Below, in pieces: positions 1-9,953 of a stretch of 57,167 nucleotides of DNA. Every line of letters begins with the position of its first letter. Positions within the stretch are counted from its first letter, which is position 1. Both the position numbers and the translations under genes were made by a program. The notes under the pieces are model-generated. The model did no database searches and had not been told where the DNA came from. It saw only the letters and a list, made by a program, of their open reading frames with translations. The stretch comes from an uncultured Candidatus Saccharibacteria bacterium (GTDB lineage: Bacteria; Patescibacteriota; Saccharimonadia; Saccharimonadales; Saccharimonadaceae): contig CAZHUZ010000001.1 in assembly GCA_964535835.1 (NCBI GenBank), forward strand, positions 53,800-110,966. Reading direction: 5' to 3'.

Positions 1-123
1 TTGTCAGTCCATCGAGCAAGCTATGATGTGTATGATTGTGCAAATGCACAAAATCACTAGGCTGTAATGCCTTTGATGCGGCCTTGTTGTCCCCTCTAGT
101 CATATATAATCTATTATACCGTA

Positions 124-147
124 AACGCGAGCCTCTAAGCTCGCGTT
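124..147 (-). terminator. candidate intrinsic terminator hairpin downstream of the 166-408 gene
   Basis: 9-bp perfect stem AACGCGAGC / GCTCGCGTT with 6-nt loop. The U-tract on the minus strand is weak (TTACGG). Confidence 0.35.
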
Positions 148-165
148 ATTCATACGAAGTATCGA

Positions 166-408
166 CTATTTTCTAAATTTCTTTATCTGATCAAAGACAA
201 ATTTGCCAATGAGCGCTGGAGATGAAAATTTGGCCGTGTTAGCTGCGATACCCTGAATATGATCGACGGTTACCTGGGTTGATTCGGCAATTGATTTAAT
301 CTGTCGAGATACTTTGATGAGTATAACCACTAATATTGTTGCCAACAATAAAAATAGGGCTAAAAATATCGAGAGGATGATTACTAAAATTTCTGCTGCT
401 TCAGACAT
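166..408 (-). CDS. small single-pass membrane protein, function unknown
   Basis: 80-aa ORF with ATG start and GGAG about 7 nt upstream. One long hydrophobic helix (ILVIILSIFLALFLLLATILVVILI) followed by an amphipathic tail. Confidence 0.45.
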   Translation of the reverse strand: MSEAAEILVIILSIFLALFLLLATILVVILIKVSRQIKSIAESTQVTVDHIQGIAANTAKFSSPALIGKFVFDQIKKFRK

Positions 409-448
409 ATGTCTCCTTTGCTTTTGATGCGTACAGTCACTACGAAAT

Positions 449-484
449 GAGCGTGGTGTACTCTATAACAAGTATACCACGCTC
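449..484 (-). terminator. candidate intrinsic terminator after the GlsB-like gene
   Basis: 13-bp stem GAGCGTGGTGTAC / GTATACCACGCTC with one mismatch, followed on the minus strand by ATTTCG. Confidence 0.4.
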
Positions 485-513
485 ATGTTCTAACTCTTAT
501 CCCCCTAACTTGA

Positions 514-795
514 TTAGACAGTGCGTCGACCAGTAACTAGCTTGAAGATAAACAAGACAATAACAGCGCCAACGGTCGCGACAACGAGTTGCCGAACAGT
601 GCTAGAACCATCGCTTGTACCAGCAATGCCGAGCATTGGTAGCAATAGATTTGCGACAATCGCACCGACGATACCGACAACGATATTTGCTAGTACACCC
701 ATAGAAGCATCAGTCTTCATGACCATGCTCGCGAGCCAACCGGCAATACCACCGATAACGATCGTTCCTAGCCAACCTCCTAAACCTGCGTCCAT
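514..795 (-). CDS. GlsB/YeaQ/YmgE-family (transglycosylase-associated) small membrane protein
   Basis: 93 aa. Gly-rich TM helices (GGWLGTIVIGGIAGWLAS, IVVGIVGAIVANLLLP) are typical of this family. ATG start with GGAG RBS. Confidence 0.7.
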   Translation of the reverse strand: MDAGLGGWLGTIVIGGIAGWLASMVMKTDASMGVLANIVVGIVGAIVANLLLPMLGIAGTSDGSSTVRQLVVATVGAVIVLFIFKLVTGRRTV

Positions 796-936
796 AACTC
801 TTCTCCTTTATTTAATTATGAACTCAGTCTACCATGTGGATATAACAACAAAATGTACGCTGCTTCACAAAATCAGCAGATCATGCTTCTACAGGGAAAA
901 GTGTGTAATGTCTTCGTTATTTTATGAGAATAGCTA

Positions 937-1821
937 CTATTGTCTCGTGAGTCGGTCTGTTAAATAACGACGAAATCCTTCACCAATTTTAGGATGACGA
1001 AGCGCAACTTCTACCAATGCCTGTAAGTATTTGACCGGATCACCGGCATCAAGCCATGTGCCTTCAACAACCTGCCCGTATACTTTGCCTTGTTCGGCTA
1101 GTCTGTTGATGTTTGTCGAAAGAGTGAGCTCGCCTTTTGCATCAACATTTCTTTCCTCAAGTATAGGGAGAATTTCTGGCGTAAGAATATAACCAAGCAG
1201 GCTAGTGTAGTCACTCGGACGATTTGCTTCACCCGGTTTTTCAACCAGTCCGGTTACTTCTAAGGTACCGTTTCCGAGATCCTGACCAATAGCAGCCATG
1301 CCATACATATCTCCATCGCCAGGACCCGCCTTCATAAGTGATACGATATTTTTGCCGCCGGAACGATTGTACGCTTCTTTGAGTTGCACGGCTCGTGGCA
1401 CTTCACTGTGATAAAAATCATCGGCTGTCAAAACAAAAAATGGTTCATCGTCATCAATCATATGTTGCGCATTGAGTACTGGCAACGCATTTCCTTTTGG
1501 CTCACCTTTTTGACGAATATAGACAAAGTTTGCCATCTCAGCAATCGCCTTGAGACGGTCAGCCATCGCTTCTTTGCCCTTTTCGCGCAGTTCAGATTCC
1601 ATGCCGTCAGAACGGTCAAAATGATCCTCTATCGCTCGCTTGGTTGATCCTGTCACGATGATGATGTCGGTAACGCCTGCTGCCACGGCATCTTCGACAA
1701 CAAGCTGAATTACCGGTTTATCAATTATTGGTAGCATTTCTTTGGGCATAGCTTTTGTCTGAGGCAAAAAGCGTGTGCCAAGACCTGCGGCCAAGATAAT
1801 CGCTTTGGTTGGTTGTTTCAT
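937..1821 (-). CDS. galU: UTP--glucose-1-phosphate uridylyltransferase
   Basis: N-terminal AIILAAGLGTRFLPQTKAMPKEMLPI nucleotidyl-transferase signature. The ORF-track start is TTG; the internal ATG at 1821 is preceded by GGAGG, so it is preferred. Confidence 0.85.
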   Translation of the reverse strand: MKQPTKAIILAAGLGTRFLPQTKAMPKEMLPIIDKPVIQLVVEDAVAAGVTDIIIVTGSTKRAIEDHFDRSDGMESELREKGKEAMADRLKAIAEMANFVYIRQKGEPKGNALPVLNAQHMIDDDEPFFVLTADDFYHSEVPRAVQLKEAYNRSGGKNIVSLMKAGPGDGDMYGMAAIGQDLGNGTLEVTGLVEKPGEANRPSDYTSLLGYILTPEILPILEERNVDAKGELTLSTNINRLAEQGKVYGQVVEGTWLDAGDPVKYLQALVEVALRHPKIGEGFRRYLTDRLTRQ

Positions 1822-1835
1822 TATGACCTCCAATC

Positions 1836-3293
1836 TTATAATTTTTCACGAATAAGTTTTTGAGCGAGTCCCGGATTGGCCTTACCGTGAGATTGTTTCA
1901 TGATTTGCCCTACGAGGTAACCAATTGCTTTTTCATTACCACTACGGAAATCTTCAATCGCTTTTTGTGAAGCCGGATCAGCCAATACTGTATCGACGAT
2001 AGCTGAAATCTGTCCTTCGTCACTCACTTGGAGAAGATTCTTTTTTTGTGCTATCGTTCTAGGGCTGTCAGAGTCCTTTTGCATGGTGACAAATATCTCT
2101 TTTGCCGCCGTAGAATTCACCTCATTGTTATCAACCATCTCTGTTAATTCTATGAAAAATTCATCCGGGATACGATCATGATGAGTATCAGTAGTGGCAT
2201 CGCTATCAGCAGCTTCACTAACCGCACTTGCAAACCATAGAGCCGTACGTCTCGCCGCGCTGTTATTACCGGATTGTATGAGCCGTTCGACGAGCTGCAC
2301 TGTGGGCTGAGAACTGAGTAATGCCACAATAACCGTATAGTCGAGCTTGAGATCATCAAGCATTGATCGATAATGGTCTGGGAGAGACGGCATCGATTGT
2401 CGTGCCTTTTCGATACGCGCAGCATCAATACGAACCGGTGGTAAATCAGCATCAGGGAAATAGCGATAGTCGTGTGCGTTTTCTTTACTGCGCTGTGAAA
2501 CGGTCTTTTGTTTTGCTTCATCCCACCCTCGAGTTTCCTGGACAATCACGTTGCCTTTCTCAAGCTCTTCAATCTGACGATTGATCTCGTATTCAGCTGC
2601 TTTTTCGACTGAGCGAAAAGAGTTGAGGTTTTTTGTCTCAGTACGGGTACCCCAAGTGTCAGTTTTGCTGACTGATACGTTTATATCAAAACGCATATTG
2701 CCATTGTAGAGGTCTCCATCAGTCACATCAGCATAGGTCATCAGCATGTAGAGCTCTTGGGCATATGCCTTGGCCTCAGCCGGACTATGCATATCAGCTT
2801 CAGATACAATCTCAATCAAAGGAGTACCGGCGCGGTTGTAATCAACCAAGCTGTAGTCCTCACCGGCTGGATGCGTCAATTTACCCGCATCTGCTTCTAG
2901 ATGTGCATGATGGATACGGACAGTCTTTGTCTCACCATCCGGCAATGAGAATTGTACTGATCCGGCAAGTATAATAGGCTCAGCGAGTTGAGTAATTTGG
3001 TATCCGAGGGGTAAATCAGGATAAAAATAGTGTTTTCGCTCAAACCGACTCAGTGGCGCGATCTCAGCATTGAGAGCAAGCCCAGCACGAATCGCCAAAG
3101 TAATCGCTTCTTCGTTGAGCACCGGCAACGTACCCGGTAATCCGAAACACAATGGGCTCACTGTCGTATTGGGCGCTTTACCGCGCGCGTCATTATCTGC
3201 ACTCGTAAATAATTTTGTACGTGTCTTTAACTGGACATGGCACTCGATGCCGATAGTTGGTTTGTATTGTTGGCGTATCGCTGGCGATATCAT
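1836..3293 (-). CDS. gatB: Asp/Glu-tRNA(Asn/Gln) amidotransferase subunit B
   Basis: 485 aa. IGIECHVQL start region, HLEADAGK motif and C-terminal YqeY-like tail (GYLVGQIMK). ATGA overlap with the upstream gene. Confidence 0.95.
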   Translation of the reverse strand: MISPAIRQQYKPTIGIECHVQLKTRTKLFTSADNDARGKAPNTTVSPLCFGLPGTLPVLNEEAITLAIRAGLALNAEIAPLSRFERKHYFYPDLPLGYQITQLAEPIILAGSVQFSLPDGETKTVRIHHAHLEADAGKLTHPAGEDYSLVDYNRAGTPLIEIVSEADMHSPAEAKAYAQELYMLMTYADVTDGDLYNGNMRFDINVSVSKTDTWGTRTETKNLNSFRSVEKAAEYEINRQIEELEKGNVIVQETRGWDEAKQKTVSQRSKENAHDYRYFPDADLPPVRIDAARIEKARQSMPSLPDHYRSMLDDLKLDYTVIVALLSSQPTVQLVERLIQSGNNSAARRTALWFASAVSEAADSDATTDTHHDRIPDEFFIELTEMVDNNEVNSTAAKEIFVTMQKDSDSPRTIAQKKNLLQVSDEGQISAIVDTVLADPASQKAIEDFRSGNEKAIGYLVGQIMKQSHGKANPGLAQKLIREKL

Positions 3294-3706
3294 AGGGCCC
3301 CCAGATCTTTTAGACCCCGCTTGAAACTGGCGAGTGCTTGTCGAGTTAGCTTGGGAGTAATATGCACGTTATCTTCATGAGCAATACGGTTACGTAATTT
3401 ATGCGCTGCCCATATAGCGTTGCGTTGGCTAAACACCCTAGCTGCACTTACCATGCGTTCACCAATTGTCTGCCCTCGATAGCCTGATTCACGCAGCGCA
3501 CGATCAAGTAATTTATCTGCTTGCATAACAGCAAATTGTTGAGAAGATGGATCACTCCCAAGCGAGGACTCAATAGCCAACCAATCTTGTTGGTAGACAG
3601 TTTTATCGAGTCGAGAACGACCTTTTTTGCCGAAACCGATGATGAGTAGCAAGATCACCCCAATAGTCAACAGTCCAGCCAACATAACAACAATCATGTT
3701 ATCCAT
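3290..3706 (-). CDS. membrane-anchored protein with C-terminal HEPN/DUF4145-like R-N-x3-H motif
   Basis: One N-terminal TM helix (IVVMLAGLLTIGVILLLIIGF) and a soluble helical domain ending AAHKLRNRIAHED. It sits inside the gatCAB operon with a stop/start overlap to gatB, and its start lies within 8 nt of the gatA stop. The start could be 3706 or 3697. Confidence 0.55.
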   Translation of the reverse strand: MDNMIVVMLAGLLTIGVILLLIIGFGKKGRSRLDKTVYQQDWLAIESSLGSDPSSQQFAVMQADKLLDRALRESGYRGQTIGERMVSAARVFSQRNAIWAAHKLRNRIAHEDNVHITPKLTRQALASFKRGLKDLGAL

Positions 3707-5093
3707 TACTTCGCTCCAATTCTTTTGCAGCCTTAAGTACAATGCCGTCGTTTCTCATCGGCGCTATCACCTGCAAGCCTATTGGTAGGCCAGCTGACGT
3801 ACTCCCGGCAGGTACGCTGATCGCTGGTAACCCAGCAAGACTAGCGGGAACGGTCATAATATCAGTCAGATACATCTGTAGCGGATCACTTGTGTTTTCA
3901 CCCAAACGAAACGCAGGTGTCGGTGCAACAGGGCTAATCAAAATGTCATAATGAGCAAACACTTCTTTAAATTCATCGATAATTTTGGTACGAACTGTCT
4001 GGGCTTTTTTATAATAGGCATCATAATAGCCGCTACTGAGAACATAATTTCCTATCAATATACGACGTTTGTTTTCATCCATAAAACCCTGAGTGCGAGT
4101 GTTGGCATAGACGTCAGCGATACTATGACCACTGGCTGCTACACCAAATTTTATACCATCAAATCGTGCCAAGTTTGAAGTCAGCTCGGCTGGGACAACG
4201 ATATAGTATACTGCGAGCGCATAATTTTGCATCGGCATAGAAACGTACTCCACGTTATGGCCCTGTTGCTTGGCAAACGTCATCACATGCTCAACTGCTG
4301 ATTTTACTTCAGGATCAACCTCATCGGTCATTGATTGTTCGATAACTCCAATCTTGAGAGGACTCGGTAATGGATCGTCTAGCGAGTTAATTGCGATAGT
4401 GGTACTGTCGTGAGGATCAACGCCGCGCATACAATCCAACACTAATTGAGCGTCATCTACCGTTGACGCGATCGGGCCGACGACATCCGTGCTACTTGCC
4501 ATCGCAACTACCCCATATCGACTCACTGATCCATATGTAGGTTTGAGGCCAACCACGCCATTATAGCTTGCTGGCTGTCGAATAGAACCGCCGGTGTCTG
4601 AGCCGAGAGCAAATGGTACAATCCCAGCTGCGACAGCCACAGCCGAACCACCTGAACTACCACCTGCTACCCGCTCAGCATCAGCGATATTTCGCGTGGG
4701 ACCAAAATATGAATTTTCTGTGCTACCACCATGAGCAAAAGCATCGAGATTGGTTTTTCCTATACAAATAGCCCCTGCATCCTCTAATTTTTCGATGACA
4801 GTTGCTTGATATGGCGCAAAAAAATTCTCCAACATATGAGCGCTAGCCGTAGTACGGCTATCAAACGTCAAAATATTGTCCTTGGCCAAAAACGGCACAC
4901 CACCAAGTCGACCAATATCTTCACCTGCTGCAATACGTCGGTCTATTTCATCAGCACGACGTAGTGCTCTCGTCTCAATCACCTCCAAAATGGCATTACA
5001 CTCATCACGCTTTGCACGATCAATGGCCTGTTCAATAATCTTGCGAACGCTGGTGCCGTTTGTAATTTGCTGTGTGATATCACTAATCGTCAT
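3699..5093 (-). CDS. gatA: Glu-tRNA(Gln) amidotransferase subunit A
   Basis: 464 aa. Amidase signature GGSSGGSAVAVAAG and a Ser-cisSer-Lys family layout. ATGA overlap with gatC. Confidence 0.95.
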   Translation of the reverse strand: MTISDITQQITNGTSVRKIIEQAIDRAKRDECNAILEVIETRALRRADEIDRRIAAGEDIGRLGGVPFLAKDNILTFDSRTTASAHMLENFFAPYQATVIEKLEDAGAICIGKTNLDAFAHGGSTENSYFGPTRNIADAERVAGGSSGGSAVAVAAGIVPFALGSDTGGSIRQPASYNGVVGLKPTYGSVSRYGVVAMASSTDVVGPIASTVDDAQLVLDCMRGVDPHDSTTIAINSLDDPLPSPLKIGVIEQSMTDEVDPEVKSAVEHVMTFAKQQGHNVEYVSMPMQNYALAVYYIVVPAELTSNLARFDGIKFGVAASGHSIADVYANTRTQGFMDENKRRILIGNYVLSSGYYDAYYKKAQTVRTKIIDEFKEVFAHYDILISPVAPTPAFRLGENTSDPLQMYLTDIMTVPASLAGLPAISVPAGSTSAGLPIGLQVIAPMRNDGIVLKAAKELERSNG

Positions 5094-5380
5094 AGCACTT
5101 TTTTCACCTTTATATGACCGTCATGCGTTGCTGGGGCGTTTTTGAGGAGATTATCACGATCAATATTGCTTTGGCCCACAACATCAGGACGTGTTACATT
5201 TTCTAGTCCTGTCACTTGATATGTTGGCTCAACACCTGCCGTATCTACTTCGTCAAGCTGTTCAACATATCCCAAAATATCCTGCAATTGAGATCGAAGC
5301 GACTCAGCTTCATCATCACTCACCATCAATGCAGATAGTGCCGCAAGACGTTTAACGTCATCAATAGTAATTGCGCTCAT
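5090..5380 (-). CDS. gatC: Asp/Glu-tRNA amidotransferase subunit C
   Basis: About 96 aa, with position and size typical of gatC. The track start is TTG; the ATG at 5380 (MSAITIDDVKRLA...) is preferred. Confidence 0.85.
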   Translation of the reverse strand: MSAITIDDVKRLAALSALMVSDDEAESLRSQLQDILGYVEQLDEVDTAGVEPTYQVTGLENVTRPDVVGQSNIDRDNLLKNAPATHDGHIKVKKVL

Positions 5381-5403
5381 TATACTCAATTATATCAGAT
5401 CAC

Positions 5404-6450
5404 CTAGTAGGTAGACGAGTCACTCGAGCTATCAAAAGAGCTTGAATCGTATGATGAACTATCATAGAGGCTCGAATAACTTGTTGTCAGTTTAAAGCAT
5501 TTTTCTCCCGTACCATGTGTTGAGAAGTCAGCATACGTCGAATACTCACTATCATACGTTGAGCGTGAACCGTAGCCTGATGATTTACTCGTATCAGTGA
5601 CAAATGTTGCACATAGTTGATATTTTCCACCTACTTCTTTTTTATAATCATATCGTGATAGACGCTTCTTTGTTTGTGCATCCAGGTCGCTTAATTCAGA
5701 TAGGTCAGATGGTAATCTGTTCTTGTCGCTGTAGTATGAATTTATTACCATACTGATAGAATGGAGATCTTCGGCGGTTTTTTGATCACGATCAGCGCCT
5801 TTAATTGTTGATAGTGAAACTGTCAGAAGCGCAATCATAATAGCTAGGCTCAGTATGCCAAGCGCTATAACAAAAGTTTTACGACGTACTTTTGGATGGT
5901 GAGTGTAGGCAAAAAACAATCCAGCGGTCGTCATAACAGATAGAACGAGTGGTAATACAGCACGTAGCAAAGTGTCGCTCGCATCATCATCGATACCTAT
6001 GACAATACGTAGCAGCGCATACACTATCGAAAGAGCTATGCTGGCAATAGCAACTACCACCCAAAATGAGAATAAACCGACAATCAGTTTGTGCATAAAG
6101 CGTTGTTCGTTTGCCGGATTATTGATAGCGTGGTTGCGTGCGCGTAGATAGAAAAACAAGGTAAATGGCACCCATACGATCATCATTGCCACTATCCACA
6201 AGGCAAATTCGCCCATAAACCTCTGCGCTAGCGGGCTGTCGACGCCAGCCCAATGATTGATAAGTGCAAAGTAGCTATAATTTATTACTCCTGCAGTGAC
6301 AAGCAAGCCAAATGTAGAGAGAGCAAGTTCTAGGGTATACCACGACATCCCGCCTGTTAATTTTTCTCGCCAATTCGTTTTGGATACACGAGGCGGTTGT
6401 GCTAGTGGTGATGATTGCGGTTCGACGGCCATAGTTCTGTCTGATTCCAT
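5404..6450 (-). CDS. multi-pass membrane protein with extracytoplasmic pilin-like module and Ser/Tyr/Asp-rich tail
   Basis: 348 aa, about 6 TM helices. The segment YYSDKNRLPSDLSELS...YDYKKEVGGKYQLCATF resembles the globular head of GspG/type IV pilin-like proteins. The tail is low-complexity (SSLYDSSSYDSSSFDSSSDSSTY). ATG start with GGAG RBS. Confidence 0.55.
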   Translation of the reverse strand: MESDRTMAVEPQSSPLAQPPRVSKTNWREKLTGGMSWYTLELALSTFGLLVTAGVINYSYFALINHWAGVDSPLAQRFMGEFALWIVAMMIVWVPFTLFFYLRARNHAINNPANEQRFMHKLIVGLFSFWVVVAIASIALSIVYALLRIVIGIDDDASDTLLRAVLPLVLSVMTTAGLFFAYTHHPKVRRKTFVIALGILSLAIMIALLTVSLSTIKGADRDQKTAEDLHSISMVINSYYSDKNRLPSDLSELSDLDAQTKKRLSRYDYKKEVGGKYQLCATFVTDTSKSSGYGSRSTYDSEYSTYADFSTHGTGEKCFKLTTSYSSLYDSSSYDSSSFDSSSDSSTY

Positions 6451-6494
6451 ATAGCTCCTTAAGGGTTACTTATCTTCAAGTATATCACTTACTC

Positions 6495-8465
6495 CTACAA
6501 AGACTGCTTAATCTCATCGATCAGATCGCGTAACTCAGCAGCCTTTTCAAATTCCAAATTAGCAGCTGCAAATTCCATTTGACCCGTAAGTTCTTTGACC
6601 AGATGCGGGTATTCATCCTTGGGGATTTTTTTGAGATTTATTTTATCTTTTTTCGCGTCGTCTTTTTGAGGGATGATCGCCCGCAAGCCTTCATCGACAG
6701 CTTTGTTCACGCTCTTTGGGGTGATACCATGTTCACGATTGTATTCTTGCTGGATGCTGCGGCGCCGATTAGTCTCATCAATTGCACGTTTCATTGAGTC
6801 AGTCATAGTATCGGCATACATGATAACCTTTCCGCGCTCATGACGAGCTGCACGTCCTATGGTCTGTATAAGTGCTTGTGATGAGCGTAGAAAACCTTCC
6901 TTGTCTGCATCCATGATTGATACCAAACTTACCTCAGGCAAATCTAGTCCCTCACGCAACAGATTGATACCGACCAACACATCATAGACGCCGAGACGCA
7001 GGTCACGCAAGATATCACCACGTTCCAAAGTGTCAACATCACTGTGTATATATGCCGTCTTAATGGAGAGTTCTGATAAATATGTCGTGAGATCCTCAGC
7101 CATTCGTTTAGTAAGCGTCGTAACCAAGACTCGTTCACGCTGACTAATACGAGTTCGGATCTCGTTTAGTAGATCATCAATCTGCCCTTCGCTCGGACGA
7201 ACGTCTATGATTGGATCGAGTAGCCCTGTTGGACGAATCACCTGCTGCACAGGCACGGGTGTTCGGGCAAGTTCGTACGGCCCAGGTGTGGCCGATACGT
7301 ACACGACATCCCCGATATGCTTTTCAAATTCCGTAAAAGTCAAAGGACGGTTGTCGAGTGCACTTGGCAATCGAAATCCGTGTTCTACGAGCACCTCCTT
7401 GCGTGCTCTATCGCCATTGTACATACCTCTCACCTGAGGAATTGTCATATGTGATTCATCAATCAATAATAAATAATCATCAGGGAAATAATCCATCAAC
7501 GTCGCCGGCTGATCACCAGGTGCTCGATTCGTGAGATAACGGCTATAATTTTCGATACCTTTGACAAATCCGGTTTCTTCCAGCATCTCCAGATCATATT
7601 TGGTACGTTGCTGTAATCGCTGAGCTTCGAGCAATTTATTATTTTGTTCGAACCACTCTAAACGTTCGGCAAGCTCGTCTTTGATTTGTACAATCGCTTT
7701 TTCGAGTTTATTTTTTGGAGTGACATAGTGAGAGCCAGGAAAAATCTTTATCTCGGAGGGTTCATCAGTTATTTCACCTGTCAACGGATTAATTTTTGTT
7801 AGTCGCTCAATATCGTCACCAAAAAATTCTATGCGGTATGCTTCTTCGCCGCCACTTGGAATCACGTCAACTGTATCACCCCTCACTCGAAAAGTTGAAC
7901 GATGAAAATCAATATCATTGCGTTGATATTGAATATCATTAAGATGGCGCAATAATTTGTCCCGTTTGCGGGTCTCACCGCGACGAATACGAATAGCCAT
8001 ATCGCCATAGTCTTCCACCGAACCGATACCGTAGATACAGCTCACGCTCGCTACGATAATAACATCTCGTCTGCTAAGGAGGGCAGCTGTCGCTGCATGA
8101 CGTAATCGATCAATCTCTTCGTTGATCTTGCTATCCTTTTCGATGTAAGTATCGGAGCTCGCGATATACGCTTCAGGCTGGTAATAATCAAAATAACTCA
8201 CAAAATAATGAACTTCATTATCAGGAAAAAATTGTTTGAATTCTGAGAATAACTGAGCAGCAAGTGTTTTGTTATGCGCCAACACCAGCGTCGGCACTCC
8301 TCGACTCTTGATGATATTGGCCATAGTAAATGTTTTACCCGACCCAGTTACACCGAGAAGCGTTTGTTCTCTTTCTCCCTTTTCAAATCCACTCAGTAAC
8401 TGAGTGATAGCGCTTGGTTGATCACCTGTTGGGTGATAGTTACTCTGCAAACGAAATGTTATCAT
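6495..8465 (-). CDS. uvrB: excinuclease ABC subunit B
   Basis: Motifs GDQPSAI, Walker [13 protein letters not shown], and a C-terminal UVR motif ([10 protein letters not shown]). Start set at MITFRLQ (ATG 8465). Confidence 0.95.
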   Translation of the reverse strand: MITFRLQSNYHPTGDQPSAITQLLSGFEKGEREQTLLGVTGSGKTFTMANIIKSRGVPTLVLAHNKTLAAQLFSEFKQFFPDNEVHYFVSYFDYYQPEAYIASSDTYIEKDSKINEEIDRLRHAATAALLSRRDVIIVASVSCIYGIGSVEDYGDMAIRIRRGETRKRDKLLRHLNDIQYQRNDIDFHRSTFRVRGDTVDVIPSGGEEAYRIEFFGDDIERLTKINPLTGEITDEPSEIKIFPGSHYVTPKNKLEKAIVQIKDELAERLEWFEQNNKLLEAQRLQQRTKYDLEMLEETGFVKGIENYSRYLTNRAPGDQPATLMDYFPDDYLLLIDESHMTIPQVRGMYNGDRARKEVLVEHGFRLPSALDNRPLTFTEFEKHIGDVVYVSATPGPYELARTPVPVQQVIRPTGLLDPIIDVRPSEGQIDDLLNEIRTRISQRERVLVTTLTKRMAEDLTTYLSELSIKTAYIHSDVDTLERGDILRDLRLGVYDVLVGINLLREGLDLPEVSLVSIMDADKEGFLRSSQALIQTIGRAARHERGKVIMYADTMTDSMKRAIDETNRRRSIQQEYNREHGITPKSVNKAVDEGLRAIIPQKDDAKKDKINLKKIPKDEYPHLVKELTGQMEFAAANLEFEKAAELRDLIDEIKQSL

Positions 8466-8487
8466 ATAGTTATTATACTTGCTTACT

Positions 8488-8511
8488 ACCATTTACTAAT
8501 TACTATTTACC
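8488..8511. repeat. copy of the GGTAAATAGTAA motif in the uvrB / LOG divergent promoter region
   Basis: The reverse complement of 8500-8511 is GGTAAATAGTAA, identical to 48136-48147. The adjacent TAGTAAATGGT (reverse complement of 8488-8498) also recurs at 48143-48153. Confidence 0.5.
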
Positions 8512-8527
8512 CATTACCATAATTACT

Positions 8528-9211
8528 ATGTCTCATACGCACAAACATGAAAAAAGAGTATGGCTACCTGACGCCCATCTAGTAAAAGCTATCCAACACT
8601 CCACCGACCAATTACGTAGCAGTGACGAAGAATTTGAGCGTGCTTTTCGTATCCTCAAAAAATACCCTATGCGCGTCACGATATTTGGATCAGCTCGTCT
8701 GCGACCAAGCGACGTACATTATAAGCATGCCAAAGAGCTCGCCAAAGCACTGTCACAAGAAGGCTATACTATCGTGAGTGGCGGTAGTGGCGGGATCATG
8801 GAAGCAGCCAATCGTGGCGCATTTGAATCGGGTGGGAGCGCGGTTGGATTTAATATTATCTTGCCTCATGAGCAAAAAACCAATCAATATACTACGGATA
8901 ATCTATCATTTCATTATTTTTTTACTCGCAAAGTGATGATGACATTTTATATGCATGCCTACATATACTTCCCTGGTGGATTTGGGACATTTGATGAGCT
9001 GTTCGAAGTCATGACATTGATTCAAACAAAGAAAATGCCATCGGCTCCTGTTATATTGGTCGGCACAGAGTATTGGAAAAAACTTGATCATTTTATTCGC
9101 GAACAGATGCTTGGCACTGGCTTGATTTCACCTGGTGACGAAAAAATTTATACCATCACTGATGACATCGATACAATTTGTAGGCTAATCAATACAGACT
9201 ATGACAACTAA
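8528..9211 (+). CDS. LOG / TIGR00730-family Rossmann-fold nucleotide-binding protein (putative nucleoside 5'-monophosphate phosphoribohydrolase)
   Basis: Motifs GGSGGIMEAANRGA and PGGFGTFDELFE. Start set at ATG 8528 (MSHTHK). Confidence 0.85.
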   Translation: MSHTHKHEKRVWLPDAHLVKAIQHSTDQLRSSDEEFERAFRILKKYPMRVTIFGSARLRPSDVHYKHAKELAKALSQEGYTIVSGGSGGIMEAANRGAFESGGSAVGFNIILPHEQKTNQYTTDNLSFHYFFTRKVMMTFYMHAYIYFPGGFGTFDELFEVMTLIQTKKMPSAPVILVGTEYWKKLDHFIREQMLGTGLISPGDEKIYTITDDIDTICRLINTDYDN

Positions 9212-9921
9212 CGGATAGGCTCTAATGATTCAAGAGAGGTATTAAATATCTCATCAGCTTCAAGTATTTTTGCATCTTTACAGAATAAATCTCTCTGTTG
9301 TTGTGAAGTCTGATCCTGTTTAGCAGAGGGAAGTTCGGCTAGATTATAAAAATAATATTCTCCCACATGATATATTCGCCGCATTGTCGATAACTCATCT
9401 GGTAAGTAAGCGTAATTCTTTTCAGGTTGTTTGGCAGACTTGAAATAATCAGCGAGTAAAACATTTTTATCGGCTACACGAATAGTCATCTGATCACCAT
9501 TCATCCGCTTTACTTTGAGACCGGGCGCTGAACCACGAATATTACGATAGAATAGTACCCTGCAGTCATCATCCATAATTGATTTAATACTCGCAAATGT
9601 ATATGAATCGTCAACACTATCATAATAATATGCTATGTTGTTTTTGTATCCATATGGTACACGAAATAATACTTTTGTCTCCTTTAGTTGTAATAGATCA
9701 GTGTTAATCCTCCGCCAAGTTATATTATCCCTGACAATAGTTCGAGGTATAAACCCAGTATTTTTAGGCAGGGCTGGAACTTTCTCAGCCGCAACTTGAG
9801 TTTTGATTGTTGCGTCTGCCGACAGGAAGAATATCGTCATAAATCCAATGATTATTACACCAAATAATACCCAGCCAGTAATGGGATTTAATTGTTTTGT
9901 CAGTATTTCTTTTATATCCAT
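9208..9921 (-). CDS. hypothetical N-terminally anchored secreted/membrane protein
   Basis: 237 aa with ATG start and a single N-terminal TM helix (WVLFGVIIIGFMTIFFL). No recognisable motif. It is the last gene of the central-carbon operon. Confidence 0.5.
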   Translation of the reverse strand: MDIKEILTKQLNPITGWVLFGVIIIGFMTIFFLSADATIKTQVAAEKVPALPKNTGFIPRTIVRDNITWRRINTDLLQLKETKVLFRVPYGYKNNIAYYYDSVDDSYTFASIKSIMDDDCRVLFYRNIRGSAPGLKVKRMNGDQMTIRVADKNVLLADYFKSAKQPEKNYAYLPDELSTMRRIYHVGEYYFYNLAELPSAKQDQTSQQQRDLFCKDAKILEADEIFNTSLESLEPIR

Positions 9922-9953
9922 GTGCGATCCTTGTCTGTAGTCATTATACCTTA

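Noticed and set aside
521-967. Long ORFs antisense to, or nested in, recognised genes. Examples are 521-967, 11708-12070, 17625-18032, 23650-24234, 39046-39636, 39349-39714, 45558-46007 and 48172-48555.
   Set aside because: Each lies entirely within, or opposite, a gene with clear family motifs. They lack RBS-like sequences and have odd, low-complexity or Ser/Arg/Cys-rich composition. They are treated as shadow ORFs.
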